A DNA stretch of 64,000 nucleotides from an uncultured Planctomycetaceae bacterium (GCA_964388415.1 CAYMAO010000001.1:65072-129071), one strand, 5' to 3'; counted from the first letter of the stretch, positions 38,649 to 49,962 are shown. The notes: a model not told the origin generated them from the sequence alone. Program-made: numbers and translations.

Positions 38649-39713
38649 TCACTCTTTCGCCGTCTTCGCCCCGCGCTTCCAGTCACCGATCCAGAGCTGG
38701 CTGGTCCCGTCGGCGGTCCGGTTGGAAGTCCACATCAGTTGCGTGCCGTCGGGACTGAAGACCGGCAAAACGTCGGCGGATTTGTGGTCGGTGATCCGCG
38801 TGATTTTCCCGCCTTTGAGCGTTTTCGGCGTCCGTTCGATTTCCATCGTCCATAAGTCAAAGTTCGCTCCCTGCGGACCTTTGCCGTAGTCGGCTCCCGC
38901 CCAGATCAGGTACTTCCCCGTCGGATGGAAATACGGGCACCAGTTGACCTGGTCGAGATTGTCGGTCAGCGGGACTTCGGTCTTGCCGTCGACGGAAATC
39001 GCAAACAACTGCAGCATGTCTTTTTTCTGTCGGTCGCTGCGAAAGATGATCCAGTTCCCATCGGGTGAAAAAAACGGCCCGCCGTCATAGCCGTCAGCAT
39101 TCGTCAGTTGGCGCACGCCGGTCCCATCGGCGTTCATCACGTACAAGTCGGGGTCTCCGTCGCGTGAGGACGTAAACACGATCTGCTTTCCGTCCGGCGA
39201 GAAACTCCCTTCGGCATCGTAGCCTTCCGACTCGGTCAACCGCTTCAGTCCCGTGCCGTCCAGGTGGACGATGTACAACTCCATGTGCGGATCAAAATCC
39301 CATTGGTAGCGGCGGCGGCCCCCTTGTGCAGCTTCATCGCGGGCCTTCTTCTCGGTGATGTCGATCGCCGGATCGGTATGGCTGGAGGCGAAGAGGACGT
39401 GGTCTCCTGAGTGAGAGAAATAGCTGCACGTCGTCCGCCCGCGTCCGGTGCTCAGCAAACGGGGCACGCGCTCATCCAGGTTCTGCACGTAAATCTGGTA
39501 GAACGGATAGCCGATCGGGTTCGCCTGGTAGACGATCATTTTCCCGTCGGGCGAGAAATAGCCTTCCCCGGCCCGCGGCAACCCAAACGTCACCTGCCGG
39601 ACGTTTGCCAGATGCCCGCCTTCCAGTTCGGTGACCGGCGGCGCGTCTTCCGCCCGGCCGACACTGCAAATCACGCTTGCGATAAGCAAAGAACCGCACA
39701 CGCCTCGTCCCAT
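38649..39713 (-). CDS. TolB-like / PD40 beta-propeller repeat protein (secreted)
   Basis: Signal peptide MGRGVCGSLLIASVICSVGRA. Repeated FSPDGK...YVMNADGTG PD40 motifs. Confidence 0.75.
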   Translation of the reverse strand: MGRGVCGSLLIASVICSVGRAEDAPPVTELEGGHLANVRQVTFGLPRAGEGYFSPDGKMIVYQANPIGYPFYQIYVQNLDERVPRLLSTGRGRTTCSYFSHSGDHVLFASSHTDPAIDITEKKARDEAAQGGRRRYQWDFDPHMELYIVHLDGTGLKRLTESEGYDAEGSFSPDGKQIVFTSSRDGDPDLYVMNADGTGVRQLTNADGYDGGPFFSPDGNWIIFRSDRQKKDMLQLFAISVDGKTEVPLTDNLDQVNWCPYFHPTGKYLIWAGADYGKGPQGANFDLWTMEIERTPKTLKGGKITRITDHKSADVLPVFSPDGTQLMWTSNRTADGTSQLWIGDWKRGAKTAKE

Positions 39714-39844
39714 GATCCCCACGCCTTTCTGCTGACCGGGCAACCGCTTGTCCAGCAGACTACCCTATCAGCGACAGCGTCGATCAGCAACTTGACGAGG
39801 GAGTGATCGCTCACTCCGAGTGCGGCGAACCAGCGCCACGACCA

Positions 39845-41917
39845 TCACTTCATCACGCCGACGACGTGATTGAAGCGGTCGGTCCACAGTACCAACGGGC
39901 GGTCGCCTTGCCGCGTGTTCTGTACGGCGGCCTGAATCACCGGCGTTTCCAGTGCCGCGGCATCCCGTGTCACGAGCATCCAATCGCAATATCCGGCTTC
40001 ACCGGCGACCTCGGCCAGCGAATAGACCTTCACGGCGTGCAAGCCGAAGCGATCGGCAGCCCCGTGAATCACCGGTTCCAGATCGAAGTGCCGGTTCGTG
40101 ATGTGAAACGCCAGCACCCCGTTCGGCTTCAAGTGCTTCAAATAGATGCCGAAGGCTTCCTCGGTAAGCAAATGGGCGGGCACCGCGTCGCTGCTGAAGG
40201 CGTCCAGCACGAGGACGTCAAACTGCTGAGCCGCTTCTCGTTCCAGCGACAGCCTCGCATCCCCGAGGACCATCTCCACCGTCGCTTCCGAATCGCTGAG
40301 ATAGCTGAAGTGCGCCCGCGCCAAACGGATGACGTCGGGATTGATCTCATAGAACCGGAAGCGGTCGCCCGGTTGTCCGTAAGCCGCCAGCGTTCCGACC
40401 CCCAGGCCGACCATGCCGACATTCCGCGGCGCCGATGCTTGCGATTGCAGCAACAACCCGATGCCGGATTGCTCCCCGTAATACGTCGTCGGAACCTTCC
40501 GTTTCTCAGGGGCCAGGTACTGCATGCCGTGCACAATCCTGCCGTGAACCATTCTCCGCGAGGCAGTTTCCGGCGTGTCGACGTCATGATCGACGACGCG
40601 AAGCACGCCGTAAAAATTCCGGCTCGATTCCAGTTCATTCGGCCCCGCGACCGCCGTTGCGATCCCGACCAGCCGCAGTCCGGCCCATGCGGCCAGCACG
40701 ACGTAACTCCAGCCCCAGCGCGGCGTGGTGCCGTTCCAGAGTTCGTCCTTGTCGCTCAGCAAGACCCACAGCACGATGCCGCAGCCGGCAATCAGTGCCA
40801 GCGGCAATTCCAGATAGTTGGACAAGATCAGCGGCGCCACTGCACCGACCAGGAGCCCGCCCGTTGCGCCGCCGGCACTGGACGCCAGGTAAAACGTCGT
40901 CAAAAACTGCGGCTGCGGACGCAACCGAACCAGTTCCCCGTGACAGACCATGCAGCAGAAAAACAGCGACGTAAAATGAACGACGATTTGCGAGAACAGC
41001 GAGGTGTCGCTGCCTGCCTGCAAGACAAACGACAGGCAGACAATCGCCCCGGTCAACGCCGTGGCATAGGCCCTCCGCGGATACCACCAGGCCCGGTCGA
41101 AACACAAAATGAACGACGCCAGGTACAACGTCAAAGGCAACACCCACAGGAACGGAATCACGGCGACATCCAGGCACACCTGGTTCGTCGTCGCCAGCAG
41201 CATCACCGAGGCGCACGCCGACAAGCCGAACCACGCGCCGATCAGCGGCCAACTCGGCGGAACAGCGGCCTCCGCGGACGTCACGGAGGCAGTCGCCGGC
41301 CGGCGGCTGCGCAGGATGAGATCCATCGCGCACACGCCGCAAACCACGGCGAAAAGTCCGAAACCCGCCGACCACCACAACGACTGATCTTCGGACGAAA
41401 GCCACGGCTCAAACACGAAGGGATACGTCACCAACCCCAGCACCGAACCGATGTTCGACAGCGCGTACAATCGATACGGTGATGCGCCCGGCCGCGTCTG
41501 ACCGAACCAGGCCTGCAGCAATGGCCCCGTTGCGGACAGCAGGAAGTAAGGCAACCCCACGGTCGCCGTCAGCAGTCCGAGAATCCGCAGCGCCGGGTTC
41601 TCATCTCCGACCGGCTTCCAGGACGCATCCGGCGACATCGGCAACAGCAACAGCGCCGTTGCCAGCAAGGCCAGATGAACGACAGCCTGCCCCCGCGGCG
41701 TCAACCAGCGAATGCTGCCGTGAGCATAGGCATAGCCGGCGAAGAGTACCACCTGAAAGAACAACATGCAGGTGGTCCAGACGCCCGGAGTGCCGCCGAA
41801 CCACGGCAAGATCGACTTGCTGATCAGCGGCTGCACCTGAAAGATGAGAAACGCGCTGGTGAGAATGGTGAGGGCGTAGACCGCCGTCGTCTGCCGGGGA
41901 GATCGAGAGTCTGTCAT
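39845..41917 (-). CDS. fused MFS-like membrane domain / spermidine synthase-like protein
   Basis: N-terminal ~12 TM helices. C-terminal spermidine-synthase/methyltransferase fold (VGLGVGTLAAYGQPGD...VLVLDAFSSD...NGVLAFHI). Confidence 0.75.
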   Translation of the reverse strand: MTDSRSPRQTTAVYALTILTSAFLIFQVQPLISKSILPWFGGTPGVWTTCMLFFQVVLFAGYAYAHGSIRWLTPRGQAVVHLALLATALLLLPMSPDASWKPVGDENPALRILGLLTATVGLPYFLLSATGPLLQAWFGQTRPGASPYRLYALSNIGSVLGLVTYPFVFEPWLSSEDQSLWWSAGFGLFAVVCGVCAMDLILRSRRPATASVTSAEAAVPPSWPLIGAWFGLSACASVMLLATTNQVCLDVAVIPFLWVLPLTLYLASFILCFDRAWWYPRRAYATALTGAIVCLSFVLQAGSDTSLFSQIVVHFTSLFFCCMVCHGELVRLRPQPQFLTTFYLASSAGGATGGLLVGAVAPLILSNYLELPLALIAGCGIVLWVLLSDKDELWNGTTPRWGWSYVVLAAWAGLRLVGIATAVAGPNELESSRNFYGVLRVVDHDVDTPETASRRMVHGRIVHGMQYLAPEKRKVPTTYYGEQSGIGLLLQSQASAPRNVGMVGLGVGTLAAYGQPGDRFRFYEINPDVIRLARAHFSYLSDSEATVEMVLGDARLSLEREAAQQFDVLVLDAFSSDAVPAHLLTEEAFGIYLKHLKPNGVLAFHITNRHFDLEPVIHGAADRFGLHAVKVYSLAEVAGEAGYCDWMLVTRDAAALETPVIQAAVQNTRQGDRPLVLWTDRFNHVVGVMK

Positions 41918-42244
41918 GCTGCCGCATCCGTTGGTGCTGGTTCTGCCGGTTGTAGCGCCTCCGCCGGGATGTCGACGGACCGCAACATGGCAAATCTAGC
42001 ACACGCCGGCTGCAATGCCGGGCGAATTTTTCGTTCCATCACCCTGGCCGGAGTGGTTGCGCTCTGTCAGGCAGTCGTGCACCGTCTGATGAGCATCCGA
42101 GGAGTTGGCTGACCTTCGGGCCGAACACGAAAGATGTGTGTTATTGACAGCGAAAACTCAGGGGCATGCCACCCGTTTCAAAGTGTACCACTACCGGAAC
42201 TCGGGGCAATGCCGATGAGGCTCAGGACTCGCCACCCGCGGCAT

Positions 42245-43294
42245 TCAACCAAGATCGGCACTCAATTCCCCGACCATCTTCACCAGCGCCTTCACATGTT
42301 CGGCCGGCGCTTCGGGCATCACGCCGTGGCCGAGATTAAAAATGTGGCCGGGGCGGCCGCCGGCGGCATCCAGGATTTCCTGCGTTCGGCGGCGGAGCGT
42401 CGGCAGATCGGCCAGCAAAATGACCGGGTCGAGATTTCCCTGCACGGCCCGGTCGTAACCGACGGTCTTCCAGGCGTCGGCGAGGTTCACTCGCCAGTCG
42501 ATGCCAATCACTTGCCCGCCGGCTTCTTTCAGCAACGGCAATAGCGCCGGGTTGCCGGTCAGGAAATTGATCACCGGGACATCCGCCGGCAAGCCGTCCA
42601 GAACCTGTTTCGTGTACGGCAGGGCGTACCGGCGGTAATCGTCCGGCGACAGGCATCCGGCCCAACTGTCGAAGAGTTGCACCGCCTGGCAACCGGCGTC
42701 GATCTGCGCTTTGAGATAGCGAATCAAACTGCGGGCCAGCGTGGTCATCAATGTCCGCCACGCTCCTTCATCACGGTACATCAACGATTTCGTCAGCAGG
42801 TAATTTCGCGAGCCGCCTCCTTCGATGGCATACGAGGCCAACGTGAACGGCGCCCCGGCAAAACCCAGCAAAGGAATATCGCTCGGCAGATCGCGGCGGA
42901 TCAGTTTCACGGCGTCGAATACAAATTGCAGCGACCCCACGTCTTCGAGTTCTTTCAGTCGCCCCACGTGCTCAGCCGACTGAATCGGATTGTGAATGAC
43001 GGGGCCTTCCCCTTTTTGATACTCCAGATCCAGGCCCATCGGTTCGAGCATCGGCAACAGGTCGGCAAACAGAATCGCCGCGTCGACGCCCAGAATCCTC
43101 TGCGCATCCAGCGTGACCTGTGCCGCAAGTTCCGGTGTCTTGCACAGTTCGATAAACGTCACTTTCGACCGGACGGCCATGTATTCCGGCAGATAACGGC
43201 CGGCTTGCCGCATGATCCAGACAGGCGTTCGATCCACCGGCTCGCGCCGGCAGGCTTTGAGAAATCGACACTGGTACAAGGCGTCCGGCGGCAT
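42245..43294 (-). CDS. hemE: uroporphyrinogen decarboxylase
   Basis: [15 protein letters not shown] signature. Start at ATG 43294 ([19 protein letters not shown]...) with GGAG RBS. Track start is GTG 43369. Confidence 0.9.
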   Translation of the reverse strand: MPPDALYQCRFLKACRREPVDRTPVWIMRQAGRYLPEYMAVRSKVTFIELCKTPELAAQVTLDAQRILGVDAAILFADLLPMLEPMGLDLEYQKGEGPVIHNPIQSAEHVGRLKELEDVGSLQFVFDAVKLIRRDLPSDIPLLGFAGAPFTLASYAIEGGGSRNYLLTKSLMYRDEGAWRTLMTTLARSLIRYLKAQIDAGCQAVQLFDSWAGCLSPDDYRRYALPYTKQVLDGLPADVPVINFLTGNPALLPLLKEAGGQVIGIDWRVNLADAWKTVGYDRAVQGNLDPVILLADLPTLRRRTQEILDAAGGRPGHIFNLGHGVMPEAPAEHVKALVKMVGELSADLG

Positions 43295-43386
43295 GTCATC
43301 TCCATTGAAGATGGCACGATTATAGCTGCGCGACGGACCGAATTCTCTGGTGAAAATCGTCAAAGGCACGCTTCTGCGAAGCGACG

Positions 43387-44208
43387 CTAAGTTTGACGTG
43401 CCGCGAGCAGTGCCGTTGCGGCTGCCAGTGACTCTTTCACCAGCGGCCCCATTTTCGGATGCGACGGTTCGAAGTCGGCCCTGAGGCCCAGTTCTTGCAG
43501 CGTTTCGGTCGCTGTCGGGCCAATCGAACCGATCAGGCAGCGACTGGCTGCGGCAAGGCAGTCCTCTCGGACGCCCATGTCTTCCGCCACTCTCAGCAAA
43601 TGGTGAATCTGCTGGGCACTCGTGACGAGCAGCAGGTCAAACTCCCCGGCAATCAAGCGGCGAACGGCCGTTTGCAGCGGGGCGATGTCATCCGGCAAAT
43701 CCCAGCGGTAGACCGGCACGGGGAGGACGCGGCATCCCCAGAACTCAAGCTGCTGATAAAACTCGGGGTTCGGTTTGCCGTATTCCTGAATTGCAACCGT
43801 CGGGTGGTCGAGACACACGGCGGTCTTCATCACGCCCAGGACTTCTCGCCACGTGTTCGGCTCCGGGGCGCGGTGATCGATTCGCACGCCCCACTCTCTG
43901 AGCACGGCCACCGGTTTCGGTCCTCGCACCACGACCGTGCACCGCGATAACGCGGAGAAAAATTCCTCGCGGGGTATTTTTATCTCGACGACTTCCAGCA
44001 GGCCACGCGCACCGACGCCCGTCATGAAAATCACCACTTGCACCCGGCCGGCGATCAGTTCCTCCAGGAACGCGAAGACTTCAGGATTCTGGGCGAGCGG
44101 AATTTCCTGCATCGACGGGGCGACAAACGCCGTGCCTCCCTGCCGCTCGATCAGCGACCGCATCTCCTCCGCCCGACGGCTTTCCAGGCTGCACACTCGA
44201 ACGAACAT
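43387..44208 (-). CDS. hemD: uroporphyrinogen-III synthase
   Basis: HEM4-family sequence adjacent to hemE. N-terminus [16 protein letters not shown] aligns to the HemD N-terminus (MSILVTRPSPAGEEL). Confidence 0.7.
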   Translation of the reverse strand: MFVRVCSLESRRAEEMRSLIERQGGTAFVAPSMQEIPLAQNPEVFAFLEELIAGRVQVVIFMTGVGARGLLEVVEIKIPREEFFSALSRCTVVVRGPKPVAVLREWGVRIDHRAPEPNTWREVLGVMKTAVCLDHPTVAIQEYGKPNPEFYQQLEFWGCRVLPVPVYRWDLPDDIAPLQTAVRRLIAGEFDLLLVTSAQQIHHLLRVAEDMGVREDCLAAASRCLIGSIGPTATETLQELGLRADFEPSHPKMGPLVKESLAAATALLAARQT

Positions 44209-44641
44209 GGGTGGAAACCCCGCGGCTCGGACACAAAAAAGAGTAGGCGACTGGAAGCATAGGCGCTCGCCCGGAATCAGCACAAGTCTGCCCCGGCTAC
44301 ACTCCCAGTCGCCGTACCCTTGGTGGAGCACGCGAAGACAGCCGGTTCCGAGCGTCGGTTGCCGACTGTTGATCTAGCGTTTAACGGTATCGCAAGGTTC
44401 ATGCCATTGAGCGAGAATCTTTGCTTGTAATCCGTAACCTGTTATCGGATAATATGTTATTAACTGTAGATTCATTTCCCGGGAGCATGCCATTGCCGGG
44501 CATTGCCTGAAGTTCAGGCAGCCGAAGATCGAAAAGAATTCAACGACAGGCTTGCCGGATTCCTTTCAGGCATCGCCTCAGACAGCGTTGGCAGCAAGCA
44601 ACACCGCGGATATCATGGCAGGATAAGATGTTGCGACAACC

Positions 44642-44723
44642 GGCCGCTTGGTGGAACTGGCAGACACGCAGGATTTAGGATCCTGTGCCGCAAGGCGTCG
44701 GGGTTCAAATCCCCGAGCGGCCA
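44642..44723 (+). tRNA. tRNA-Leu (anticodon TAG)
   Basis: Hand-folded. Acceptor GGCCGCT/AGCGGCC. U8. 3-bp D stem with GG in the loop. Anticodon stem CAGGA/TCCTG with loop TTTAGGA. Long variable arm (class II). T arm CGGGG-TTCAAAT-CCCCG. Discriminator A. CCA not encoded. Confidence 0.85.
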
Positions 44724-44777
44724 TTCTTTGCAGACTTCGCTGAATCCGGCGGGGGACTGCCGAGGGGGCTCTGCATC

Positions 44778-45827
44778 TCACGGCTTCCGGTGAAGGCTGC
44801 TCAGCGGCAGCCGATACGACAGCACGCCCTTGCCCTCCACGTTGCGGATGGCCAGCGTCACGGTCGGATCGGTCTCCTGCCAGTCGATTTCGATCCACCC
44901 GAAGTTGACCGGCGTGAACAATTCGCCAACGCGGTCCGCGTTCGGCTCGGTCTTCGGCTGGCTCGGCGCGTTGAGGCTGCTGGAGGTCACGTCAAACAGA
45001 GGGTAAGTCAGTGCGTCTTCCGTGCGGTTGATTTCCGCGTGATGCCGGTCGCCGCTGAGGCAGATCACGCCCTCGGCTTCGGTTTCGCGAATCAGGTCGA
45101 ACAGACGCTGCCTTTCGCGGGGAAAGTTTCCCCACTTCTCCCAGGCGTGCTCATTGGCCAGCACTTGAACGCTGGAGCACAAGATCCGGACCTCGGCTTC
45201 CACCCGGAGTTGCTCGGCCAGCCATTGCCACTGAGCATCACCAAGCAGCGTGGCGTCGGCGTCGTCATTTGGGGCGTACGGACCGGGATACGGTTGGCCG
45301 GGGACTCGTGTCAGTCCGTTCTTCTTCAACGGACTGCGATGATAGCGCGTATCGAGCAAGATAATCTGCACGCGTTTTCCCTCAGGGCCAAGGACGGCCG
45401 CGTCGTAGATGCCGGCTTGAGCACGCCTGGGCGAATCGGCCGGTTCGCCCAGGAAATCGAGCATGACCTGCTGGGATTCCTTGCGAAAGGGGTATTCGGC
45501 CCCGGCGTCGTCCCGGCCGTAATCGTGATCGTCCCAGGTCGCCATCAACCGGGCCGTTTTCCGCAGCGCTTGAAATCCAGGCTGACCGCCAAGCTGCTTC
45601 CACTTGGCGCGCAACACGTCCATGGCGTCGGAATCTCCGTAGATGTTGTCTCCGATCATCAGGAAGACTTGCGGCTTCGAAGCGACGATCGGCTCCCAGA
45701 TCGGCTGCGGCTTGTCCTGCTTGGCGCACGACCCGAACCCAATCCGCGAAATCGGCTTCTCATTCTCCGCCGCCGGCAGCAGGACGCCGCTGATCAGCCC
45801 GAACGCAACAATGGCTTGGATCCGCAT
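44778..45827 (-). CDS. PhoD-like metallophosphatase (alkaline phosphatase D family)
   Basis: Signal peptide. GDNIYGD and WDDHDYG metallophosphoesterase motifs. Start at ATG 45827 (MRIQAIVAF...). Confidence 0.75.
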   Translation of the reverse strand: MRIQAIVAFGLISGVLLPAAENEKPISRIGFGSCAKQDKPQPIWEPIVASKPQVFLMIGDNIYGDSDAMDVLRAKWKQLGGQPGFQALRKTARLMATWDDHDYGRDDAGAEYPFRKESQQVMLDFLGEPADSPRRAQAGIYDAAVLGPEGKRVQIILLDTRYHRSPLKKNGLTRVPGQPYPGPYAPNDDADATLLGDAQWQWLAEQLRVEAEVRILCSSVQVLANEHAWEKWGNFPRERQRLFDLIRETEAEGVICLSGDRHHAEINRTEDALTYPLFDVTSSSLNAPSQPKTEPNADRVGELFTPVNFGWIEIDWQETDPTVTLAIRNVEGKGVLSYRLPLSSLHRKP

Positions 45828-45919
45828 GATGATGTCTTTGAAAGTGAGCAGGGAGACCCGTTGCTGACGCTCCGGGCTGTCTGAAGACGTAGCAAAACGT
45901 GATTCGCTTCCGAGTATGT

Positions 45920-46723
45920 TCACTCCGCGCCGGCTTCGCGAGTGAAGTGATGCAGAAAAATTCCCGCGGCGACAGCAACGTTCAACGAATCCGCATCGCC
46001 CGACATGGGGATCGTGACGGTTTGATCGCAGGCCACGATCCATTCGGAACCGAGGCCCGTCGCCTCGTTACCCAGCAGCAGCCCGAATCGCGGCGAACGG
46101 CGGGCCTCAGTCAGCGGCGCCGCCGTCGGGTCCAGCACCGACGCCGCCAGCCGGAAATTCCATTCGGACTTTAATCGCTTCAAATCTCCGGCCAGGTCGG
46201 GCGATTCGATGATCGGCTGACGGAATGCCGTGCCCATCGACACCCGCAAAACCCGGCGAGAAAATGGGTCGCAGCATCCCGTGCCGAGCAAGATCAGGTC
46301 CGCGCCGAAGCCGCGGCTGATCCGCACGATGGCCCCCAGATTTTCCGGGTTGTCGCAATTTGGGCAGACGACGACCGTGAGCTGCGCCGCCGTCGGCGGC
46401 AGCACCTCGTCCAGCCGGGGGCTCGGCCGGCGACGCCCGGCGGCCATCACGCCGACGTGAAAGCTGAACCCGACGAGCTGCGTCCCCAGGCGTTCCGGAA
46501 CAATGAAGATGGGAATGTTCGCTGGGACGCGCGGCAGCCATTCGGCCTCGCGTTTCTCGCTCAGCAGCACGGCCGCCGTCTCGTAATCGCTGCGAAGCAG
46601 CCGATCGACGACCTTGGTCCCTTCGGCGATGAACAGCTCGCCGTGCCGCATCAGATTCGCGGCCTTCAGGTCCCGAAACGGCAGCACGCGCGGGTCGTCG
46701 AGACTGGCGATGGGGATGCGCAT
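45920..46723 (-). CDS. TrmH/SpoU-family RNA 2'-O-methyltransferase
   Basis: SPOUT motifs: GLLLGNEATGL, VTIPMSGDADSLNVAVAAGI. Confidence 0.75.
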   Translation of the reverse strand: MRIPIASLDDPRVLPFRDLKAANLMRHGELFIAEGTKVVDRLLRSDYETAAVLLSEKREAEWLPRVPANIPIFIVPERLGTQLVGFSFHVGVMAAGRRRPSPRLDEVLPPTAAQLTVVVCPNCDNPENLGAIVRISRGFGADLILLGTGCCDPFSRRVLRVSMGTAFRQPIIESPDLAGDLKRLKSEWNFRLAASVLDPTAAPLTEARRSPRFGLLLGNEATGLGSEWIVACDQTVTIPMSGDADSLNVAVAAGIFLHHFTREAGAE

Positions 46724-46852
46724 GCGTCGCCGTGATCGTTGCGGGTGGTGTGAGAGATCGAGAGTCGCAGGGAAGGAGAGAAAATGAGAGAGGTCATCCG
46801 TCGCCGAATGGCTTCATCCCTCTCACGCTCGCACCCCTTAAACTCTCGTACC

Positions 46853-48955
46853 TTAATTTCGCGGCCCCGGGGTGCCATTCGATCGGCCGGTTTCCAGGCG
46901 GCGAAATTCATTAAAGTGCAGGTATTCCCAGTGGCGGTAGAGCAGCGACTCATTCACCAGCACAGACTGCGGGCCTTGCGCGGCGATGTGGCCGTTGTGC
47001 AGCAGCAGCACTTCATCCACCCGTTTCAGCGTTGTCAGCCGGGTTGGAAGAAAAATCACCATGCGCCCGGGAATAATCCTCTGGTACGTGTCGTCGAGCA
47101 GTTGCTTGGTGTCGTCATCGAAACTGCCTTTCGGCTCTTCAATAATCAGGAGCGCCGGGTCGTGCAGCACGGCGCGCGTCAGCGACAAGCGAAACCTCTG
47201 GCTGACGTCCAGTTCGTCGTCGCCGCCCGAGAGCGGAGTTTCGTAGCCCTGCGGCAGCCGCACCAGAAAGTTATGCGCGTGCGTCTGCTTGGCCGCCTCG
47301 GTGGCCAGTTGAAGAGTGTACTGCGCGCTGCCCGCCTGCAGATTCTCCAGCACGGTCCCGCGGAGCGGCGGGTCGTCGCCGCCGACGAAGACCGCCTCGG
47401 CACGCAAGGATTCGAGCGTCGCCCAGGCGATATCCTCTCCGTCGAACAGCACCCGGCCCGATTGCGGTTCCAGAAACCGCGGCAGCAACAGCGAAAACGC
47501 CTTCGCCGCGAGCGGGTCGAGGGACACCACGGCGTAGCTTTTTTTCGCGTCGAGTTTCAGCGTCACCCGGTCGAGAATCACCTGCTGCGACGGCGTCCGA
47601 TAGCTGACAGCATCGAAGTGCAGCGACCGGCCGATGGGCTGAAGGAATTTCGCACCGACGGCCTGGCTGACGGATGGCAGCCGGTCGAGATATCGGAAAA
47701 TCTGATCTGCGGACAGCGAGATCGCATCATACACTGATTTCAGCGACCAGAGTTCGCGCGCGCCGCGAAGCGTCACCACCACCGCCAGCACAAAGACCGT
47801 CGCGCCGCCAAAACTCAACTCTTCCGACGCCCGGAGAAGCTTGATCCCCATCGAAAGCGACAAAAACAAGATCAGCACGGCGCACACAGGTGCCGTCAGC
47901 CGCTGCAGCCACAGGGCCTCGCGCTGCGACGGAAAGAGATCTTTCGGCGGGGTCAGCGTCCGTTCGAGCCGCTTCACGAATTCTTCGTGTTCCGAATGTT
48001 CGATGCCGAAGCCGCGCACCAGCCGGGCATTCAACATCTGCTGGGACAACGCCTGGTATTCGTTCCGCTGCCGGTCGTCGGCCAGGCGCCTGGCAGCAGC
48101 CAGGCGCAGCGAAGCCCGTTCAATCAGGAACCAGCACAAGAGCAAGGGGACGGCCCACTGGATGGTCATCAAGGGGTCGATGCTGAAGGCGATAACTAGG
48201 ACGCACAAGATTTCCAGTGGATAGCGGGCCAGCCGATTGATCCAGTTTTCCAGGCCAAAGCGCACGCCGTCTGCTTGCGTGGTGAACAATTCGACCGCGG
48301 AACGAGCCGAGTGCTCGTCGATGTCTTCCGGACTCAACCGCAGCGCCTGCCGATGCAGATTGTTCCGAAGTACGACGGCAATGCGCAGCGCTGCGGTCTG
48401 GCTGTGGTGCATGACCCTTTGCAGACAGCACAGCCTGGTCAGCCAGAAGACGATCACCAGGACCAGCAGACTGACCAGGGCAATATCATTGTGCCGAAGG
48501 AACTCGACGCGGCGGTAGAGCCAGGCAAAAGGCTCGCCGTACCAATGACCGTGTGACAGCCACACGCTGCGAAGCACCCCTTCGCCGGATATATGATGTT
48601 CCGTGGCCTGCTCTGGCTGCGGCGGGGCGATCTCCGGCGGAGGCTGTTCGGCGTTCGGAACTCCCTCGGCAGCGGGATCTTCCGGCGCTTTCGGGCCGGG
48701 TTGGAGTACCGGGCCGACATGCCGCATCTGAATGCCGGTGAAACGGTTGAACTCTTCCAGCTCGGTCGTTGTGAGCTTGATGCGCAACGGCTCCTGATCG
48801 GTCAGCAGTCCGACGATCAGCGCAAACGATATCAGGATCAGCGCCAGCAGCAGCGTGGCCAGCACGGACCAGATCACCGCCCGGCGCGCGGGGCCGGAAA
48901 ATAAGTCGCGATTGGCGAAAGTCCGCGAGAATGCGCTCTGGGGTTCGTTCGCCAC
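46853..48955 (-). CDS. ABC exporter-type fused TMD-NBD protein with degenerate nucleotide-binding domain
   Basis: Six N-terminal TM helices plus a C-terminal NBD-like domain. The NBD motifs are degenerate: Walker A position reads VSLDPLAAKAF; signature LSGGDDELDV replaces LSGGQ; Walker B is LLIIEEP. GTG start. Confidence 0.6.
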   Translation of the reverse strand: MANEPQSAFSRTFANRDLFSGPARRAVIWSVLATLLLALILISFALIVGLLTDQEPLRIKLTTTELEEFNRFTGIQMRHVGPVLQPGPKAPEDPAAEGVPNAEQPPPEIAPPQPEQATEHHISGEGVLRSVWLSHGHWYGEPFAWLYRRVEFLRHNDIALVSLLVLVIVFWLTRLCCLQRVMHHSQTAALRIAVVLRNNLHRQALRLSPEDIDEHSARSAVELFTTQADGVRFGLENWINRLARYPLEILCVLVIAFSIDPLMTIQWAVPLLLCWFLIERASLRLAAARRLADDRQRNEYQALSQQMLNARLVRGFGIEHSEHEEFVKRLERTLTPPKDLFPSQREALWLQRLTAPVCAVLILFLSLSMGIKLLRASEELSFGGATVFVLAVVVTLRGARELWSLKSVYDAISLSADQIFRYLDRLPSVSQAVGAKFLQPIGRSLHFDAVSYRTPSQQVILDRVTLKLDAKKSYAVVSLDPLAAKAFSLLLPRFLEPQSGRVLFDGEDIAWATLESLRAEAVFVGGDDPPLRGTVLENLQAGSAQYTLQLATEAAKQTHAHNFLVRLPQGYETPLSGGDDELDVSQRFRLSLTRAVLHDPALLIIEEPKGSFDDDTKQLLDDTYQRIIPGRMVIFLPTRLTTLKRVDEVLLLHNGHIAAQGPQSVLVNESLLYRHWEYLHFNEFRRLETGRSNGTPGPRN

Positions 48956-49008
48956 AGAAGTGCCCGTCCAGAAGGAACAATTCGGATCAGCTTCCGTGCC
49001 CGACGCCG

Positions 49009-49962
49009 CTATGCCAGATCGCGATCCTCAAACAAGATAAACGCCATCAAGATCGACGCCGCGCAGTAGCACAAACAGTACAGCCCCGCCTGGCCGAGAT
49101 ACTCGGGAGGCGGGATCTTATTCGTGGCCACCGCCGCGTTGATGTTGAACGAATCGAGCGACGGGAACACCGTGGCGATCAAGCGGGCCATGAACGCCAC
49201 GAATTCGTTCTTGATCGCGCTGCTTTCCACCAGGACCGACGTCAGGTGGCCCACCACGAACACCGCCAGGCAGGTCGTAAGGTTCACCACCATTGGCAAT
49301 CGCGTCGAAATCGCCACGCTCACTGCCGCCAGTACGGCGACCTCCATGAACATCAGCAACAAGCCCGGCACAACCTGGACCATCGCGTTCCAGCGGTCAT
49401 CGGCCGTGGGAGGATCCCCCCCGAGTTCCCGCGCATCGTAGCCGACCTTGTAATAGATCAGGGCCAGGAACATGAGCGAGAGCGGCAGCATGTACCACAA
49501 GACGGCCTGCACGATCCCGATGTATTTCCCGAGGATGAACTGCCGGCGATTGACGGGCTTTGAGAGCAGCGTCATCGCCGTCTTGCCTTCAATTTCGTCC
49601 GCCACGCTGGTGCTCGCCGTCCAGACGGAAATCAGCAGCGAGGAAATCAGCAGCGTCGCCAGGCCGCAGTCTTTCAGCATCTTCACGTCGTCGCCCAGCG
49701 AGAAGAACGGCAGGAAGGTATTCACCACCAGCAACACCACCGCCAGGCCGAAGCAGAGCCAGAACACCGGCTGCCGCACGGCTTCCTTCGTCGTGGCGCG
49801 GGCGATGATGCCCGCCTTGGTCAGGAAGTCAAACGCCCCCAGCGCCAACAGGCAGCAGGCCGCGACAATGGCCGTTGCCGTCCAGTTGATCGGGGCTTCC
49901 ACGATTCCGTAGCGATCGGCGCTTTGCGCTAACAACCACATTCCAGGCATTCCCTCCGTCAT
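49009..49962 (-). CDS. ABC-2-type / polytopic membrane permease
   Basis: 6-7 TM helices. Start at ATG 49962 (MTEGMPGMW) with GAGGTG RBS. Track start is TTG 50022. Confidence 0.55.
   Translation of the reverse strand: MTEGMPGMWLLAQSADRYGIVEAPINWTATAIVAACCLLALGAFDFLTKAGIIARATTKEAVRQPVFWLCFGLAVVLLVVNTFLPFFSLGDDVKMLKDCGLATLLISSLLISVWTASTSVADEIEGKTAMTLLSKPVNRRQFILGKYIGIVQAVLWYMLPLSLMFLALIYYKVGYDARELGGDPPTADDRWNAMVQVVPGLLLMFMEVAVLAAVSVAISTRLPMVVNLTTCLAVFVVGHLTSVLVESSAIKNEFVAFMARLIATVFPSLDSFNINAAVATNKIPPPEYLGQAGLYCLCYCAASILMAFILFEDRDLA

Noticed and set aside
39803-41482. 559-aa ORF on the plus strand
   Set aside because: Antisense to the fused MFS/spermidine-synthase gene. Extreme Arg/Gln/Pro bias.
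44685-45884. 399-aa ORF on the plus strand
   Set aside because: Antisense to the PhoD-like gene and overlaps the tRNA-Leu. Low complexity.
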